This document shows, piece by piece, positions 62,281-64,000 of a DNA stretch of 64,000 bases (positions are counted from its first letter, which is position 1; every line of letters starts with the position of its first letter). The stretch is from Actinomycetes bacterium (GTDB lineage Bacteria; Actinomycetota; UBA4738; HRBIN12), in the NCBI GenBank assembly GCA_021155985.1, contig JAJNBA010000002.1, forward strand, positions 1,288 to 65,287, written 5' to 3'. The notes beneath the pieces are model-generated. The model worked only from the letters and a program-made list of their open reading frames with translations. It did not search any database and was not told where the DNA came from. A program made the position numbers and the translations under genes.

Positions 62281-63987
62281 ATGGCACGTACCGAACAGAG
62301 GACCCCACGCCCCCGAGGTCAGGGCCAGTGGGCGCTCGGCTACCACGAGCCGCTGAACGGCGCCGAGCAGATCAAGAAGGAGGCCGAGCCGCTCGACGTG
62401 CGCGAGCGGATCGAACGGGTCTTCGCGCCCGGCGGCTTCCGCTCGATCGGCAAGCAGGACCTCCGCAACCGGATGCGCTGGTGGGGTCTCTACACGCAGC
62501 GGAAGCAGGGCGTGCCCGGCGAGCGAACCGGAAGCGCCGAGCCCGAGGAGCTCGAGGACGAGTTCTTCATGCTGCGGATCCGGATCGACGGCGGGCGTCT
62601 CACCTCCGAGCAGGTCCGCGCGATCGCTTGGGTGAGCGAAACGCATGGGCGCGACATCGCGGATGTGACGGACCGGCAGAACGTGCAGCTCCACTGGATC
62701 CGGATCGAAGACGTCCCTACGATCTGGGGCCGACTCGAGGCCACCGGCCTCACGACCGCCGAAGCCTGCGGGGATACGCCCCGCGTGATCCTGGGGTGCC
62801 CCCTCGCGGGCATCGACGCGGACGAGATCCTGGACGCGTCACCCGCGATCGCGGAGATCCGCGAACGGTTCGTTGGGACGACGGAGTTCTCGAACCTTCC
62901 CCGCAAGTACAAAACGTCGATCAGCGGCTGCGCCGTCCGCTGCACGGACCCGGAGATCAACGACATCTCGCTCGTCGGTGTGGAGCACCCGGACCTCGGC
63001 GCGGGGTACGACCTCTGGGTCGGCGGCGGGCTCTCGACGAACCCGATGTTCGCCCAGCGTCTCGGCGCGTTCGTCGCACCCGACCGCGCCGCCGAGGCGT
63101 GGGCCGGCGTGACGACGCTGTTCCGCGAGTACGGATACCGGCGCTCGCGCAACCGATCCCGGCTGAAGTTCCTCGTGAAGGACTGGGGAGCCGACGAGTT
63201 CCGTCGCGTGCTCGAGAAGCAGTTCCTGGAGGCACCGCTGCCCGACGGGCCCGCACCGCCTCTCGCCCCGATGGAGCGTCGCGACCACGTCGGGATCCGT
63301 CCCCAGCGCGACGGCCGGACGTTCGTCGGGTTCGCCCCGCGGGCCGGGCGCCTGACGGGCCATCAGCTGCGGCTCGTGGCCGACCTCGCCGATCGGTACG
63401 GGAGCGGCCAGATCCGGACCACAACACGGCAGAAGCTCGTGATCCTGGACGTCGAGCGAGACGCGGGCCCCAGTCTCGCCGCAGAGCTCGATCGCCTCGA
63501 CCTCCCCACGATGCCCGGGCTGTTCCGCAAGGGCGTGATGGCGTGCACGGGCATCGAGTTCTGCAAGCTCGCGATCGGCGAGACGAAGGGCCGCGCCCGC
63601 TGGCTCGCCGAGGAGCTGGATCGGCGTCTCCCCGGGTTCGATGAGGAGATCCGCGTGCACGTGAACGGGTGCCCGAACTCCTGCGCCAGGTTCCAGGTGG
63701 CCGACATCGGCTTGATGTCGGCACTCGCGAAGCGGCCGGACGGCACGAGGTCGGACGCGTTCCTCGTGCATCTCGGAGGAGCCGACGACTCCTTCGGAAG
63801 GAAGGTGAAGGGAGTGAAGGTGTTCGCCGAGGATGCCGCCGACTACGTCGAGACGCTTGTGACGCGGTACCGCGCCAGACGCGAGGCCACCAAGGACGGG
63901 GGCGAGGGACCGACATTCACCGAGTTCGTCCGAGGCCTGGACGACCAGGAACTGACAGCGTTCGCCACGCCGGAGGCGAGCCCATGA
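62281..63987 (+). CDS. sirA: ferredoxin-dependent sulfite reductase (NirA/SirA type, sirohaem-[4Fe-4S])
   Basis: QGQWALGYHEPLNGAEQIKKEAEPLDVRERIE...MRWWGLYTQRKQG...TDRQNVQLHWI...TTEACGDTPR...ACTGIEFCKLA...VNGCPNSCAR. This is close to the mycobacterial SirA pattern as I recall it. Confidence 0.88.
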   Translation: MARTEQRTPRPRGQGQWALGYHEPLNGAEQIKKEAEPLDVRERIERVFAPGGFRSIGKQDLRNRMRWWGLYTQRKQGVPGERTGSAEPEELEDEFFMLRIRIDGGRLTSEQVRAIAWVSETHGRDIADVTDRQNVQLHWIRIEDVPTIWGRLEATGLTTAEACGDTPRVILGCPLAGIDADEILDASPAIAEIRERFVGTTEFSNLPRKYKTSISGCAVRCTDPEINDISLVGVEHPDLGAGYDLWVGGGLSTNPMFAQRLGAFVAPDRAAEAWAGVTTLFREYGYRRSRNRSRLKFLVKDWGADEFRRVLEKQFLEAPLPDGPAPPLAPMERRDHVGIRPQRDGRTFVGFAPRAGRLTGHQLRLVADLADRYGSGQIRTTTRQKLVILDVERDAGPSLAAELDRLDLPTMPGLFRKGVMACTGIEFCKLAIGETKGRARWLAEELDRRLPGFDEEIRVHVNGCPNSCARFQVADIGLMSALAKRPDGTRSDAFLVHLGGADDSFGRKVKGVKVFAEDAADYVETLVTRYRARREATKDGGEGPTFTEFVRGLDDQELTAFATPEASP

Positions 63988-64000
63988 GCTCCGTGACGCC

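Noticed and set aside
63984-64000. ATG overlapping the sirA stop (ATGA), which may start a downstream gene. By synteny with mycobacteria, cysH would be expected there.
   Set aside because: Only 17 nt are inside the window, too little to support a call.

Overview
This window is a high-GC (by eye about 68-70%), densely packed chromosomal segment. Its gene content and synteny look actinobacterial. Many adjacent genes overlap by 1-8 nt (ATGA/GTGA), which implies long, translationally coupled operons.

Core content:
- An ECF sigma factor with a membrane-anchored partner.
- A membrane adenylate cyclase coupled to an orphan betaine-type binding protein.
- A complete coproporphyrin-dependent heme pathway in two blocks: hemA-C-D-B plus hemL on the + strand, and hemE-H-Y-Q on the - strand.
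- msrA, a UvrD-like helicase, xthA, and serS with bactofilin and DUF4446.
- The conserved tRNA-Leu / fhaA-fhaB-pstP-rodA-pbpA-pknB division and wall-signalling cluster.
- hisD-C-B-H-A-F-I and hisG, aceA, an amine oxidase / proline dehydrogenase pair, and sirA.
- Four tRNAs: Arg-ACG, Ser-GCT, Ser-TGA and Leu-CAG.

The accessory-looking zone is about 24.2-34.1 kb. Its codon usage is visibly more A/T-ending and it has several gene-poor stretches. It holds:
- An envelope/stress module: a DUF883-like protein with a histone-H1-like basic tail, a holin-X family protein and a DUF3618 protein.
- A 709-aa extremely acidic, nearly Lys/Arg-free secreted protein with a C-terminal LALTG sorting-like signal.
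- A roughly 3.6 kb stretch bounded by tRNA-Ser(TGA) and a 45-nt copy of its 5' half. It contains two decayed XRE-like modules.

Other points of interest:
- A five-PAS protein with no output domain.
- A secreted lysyl-oxidase-like protein.
- A double-length ThyX-like gene overlapping the pknB stop.
- A ferrochelatase with an internal Cys4 insertion.
- One probable frameshifted gene.

I saw no CRISPR array, transposase, integrase or rRNA. All calls rest on reading the translations and sequence by eye. No searches were run.
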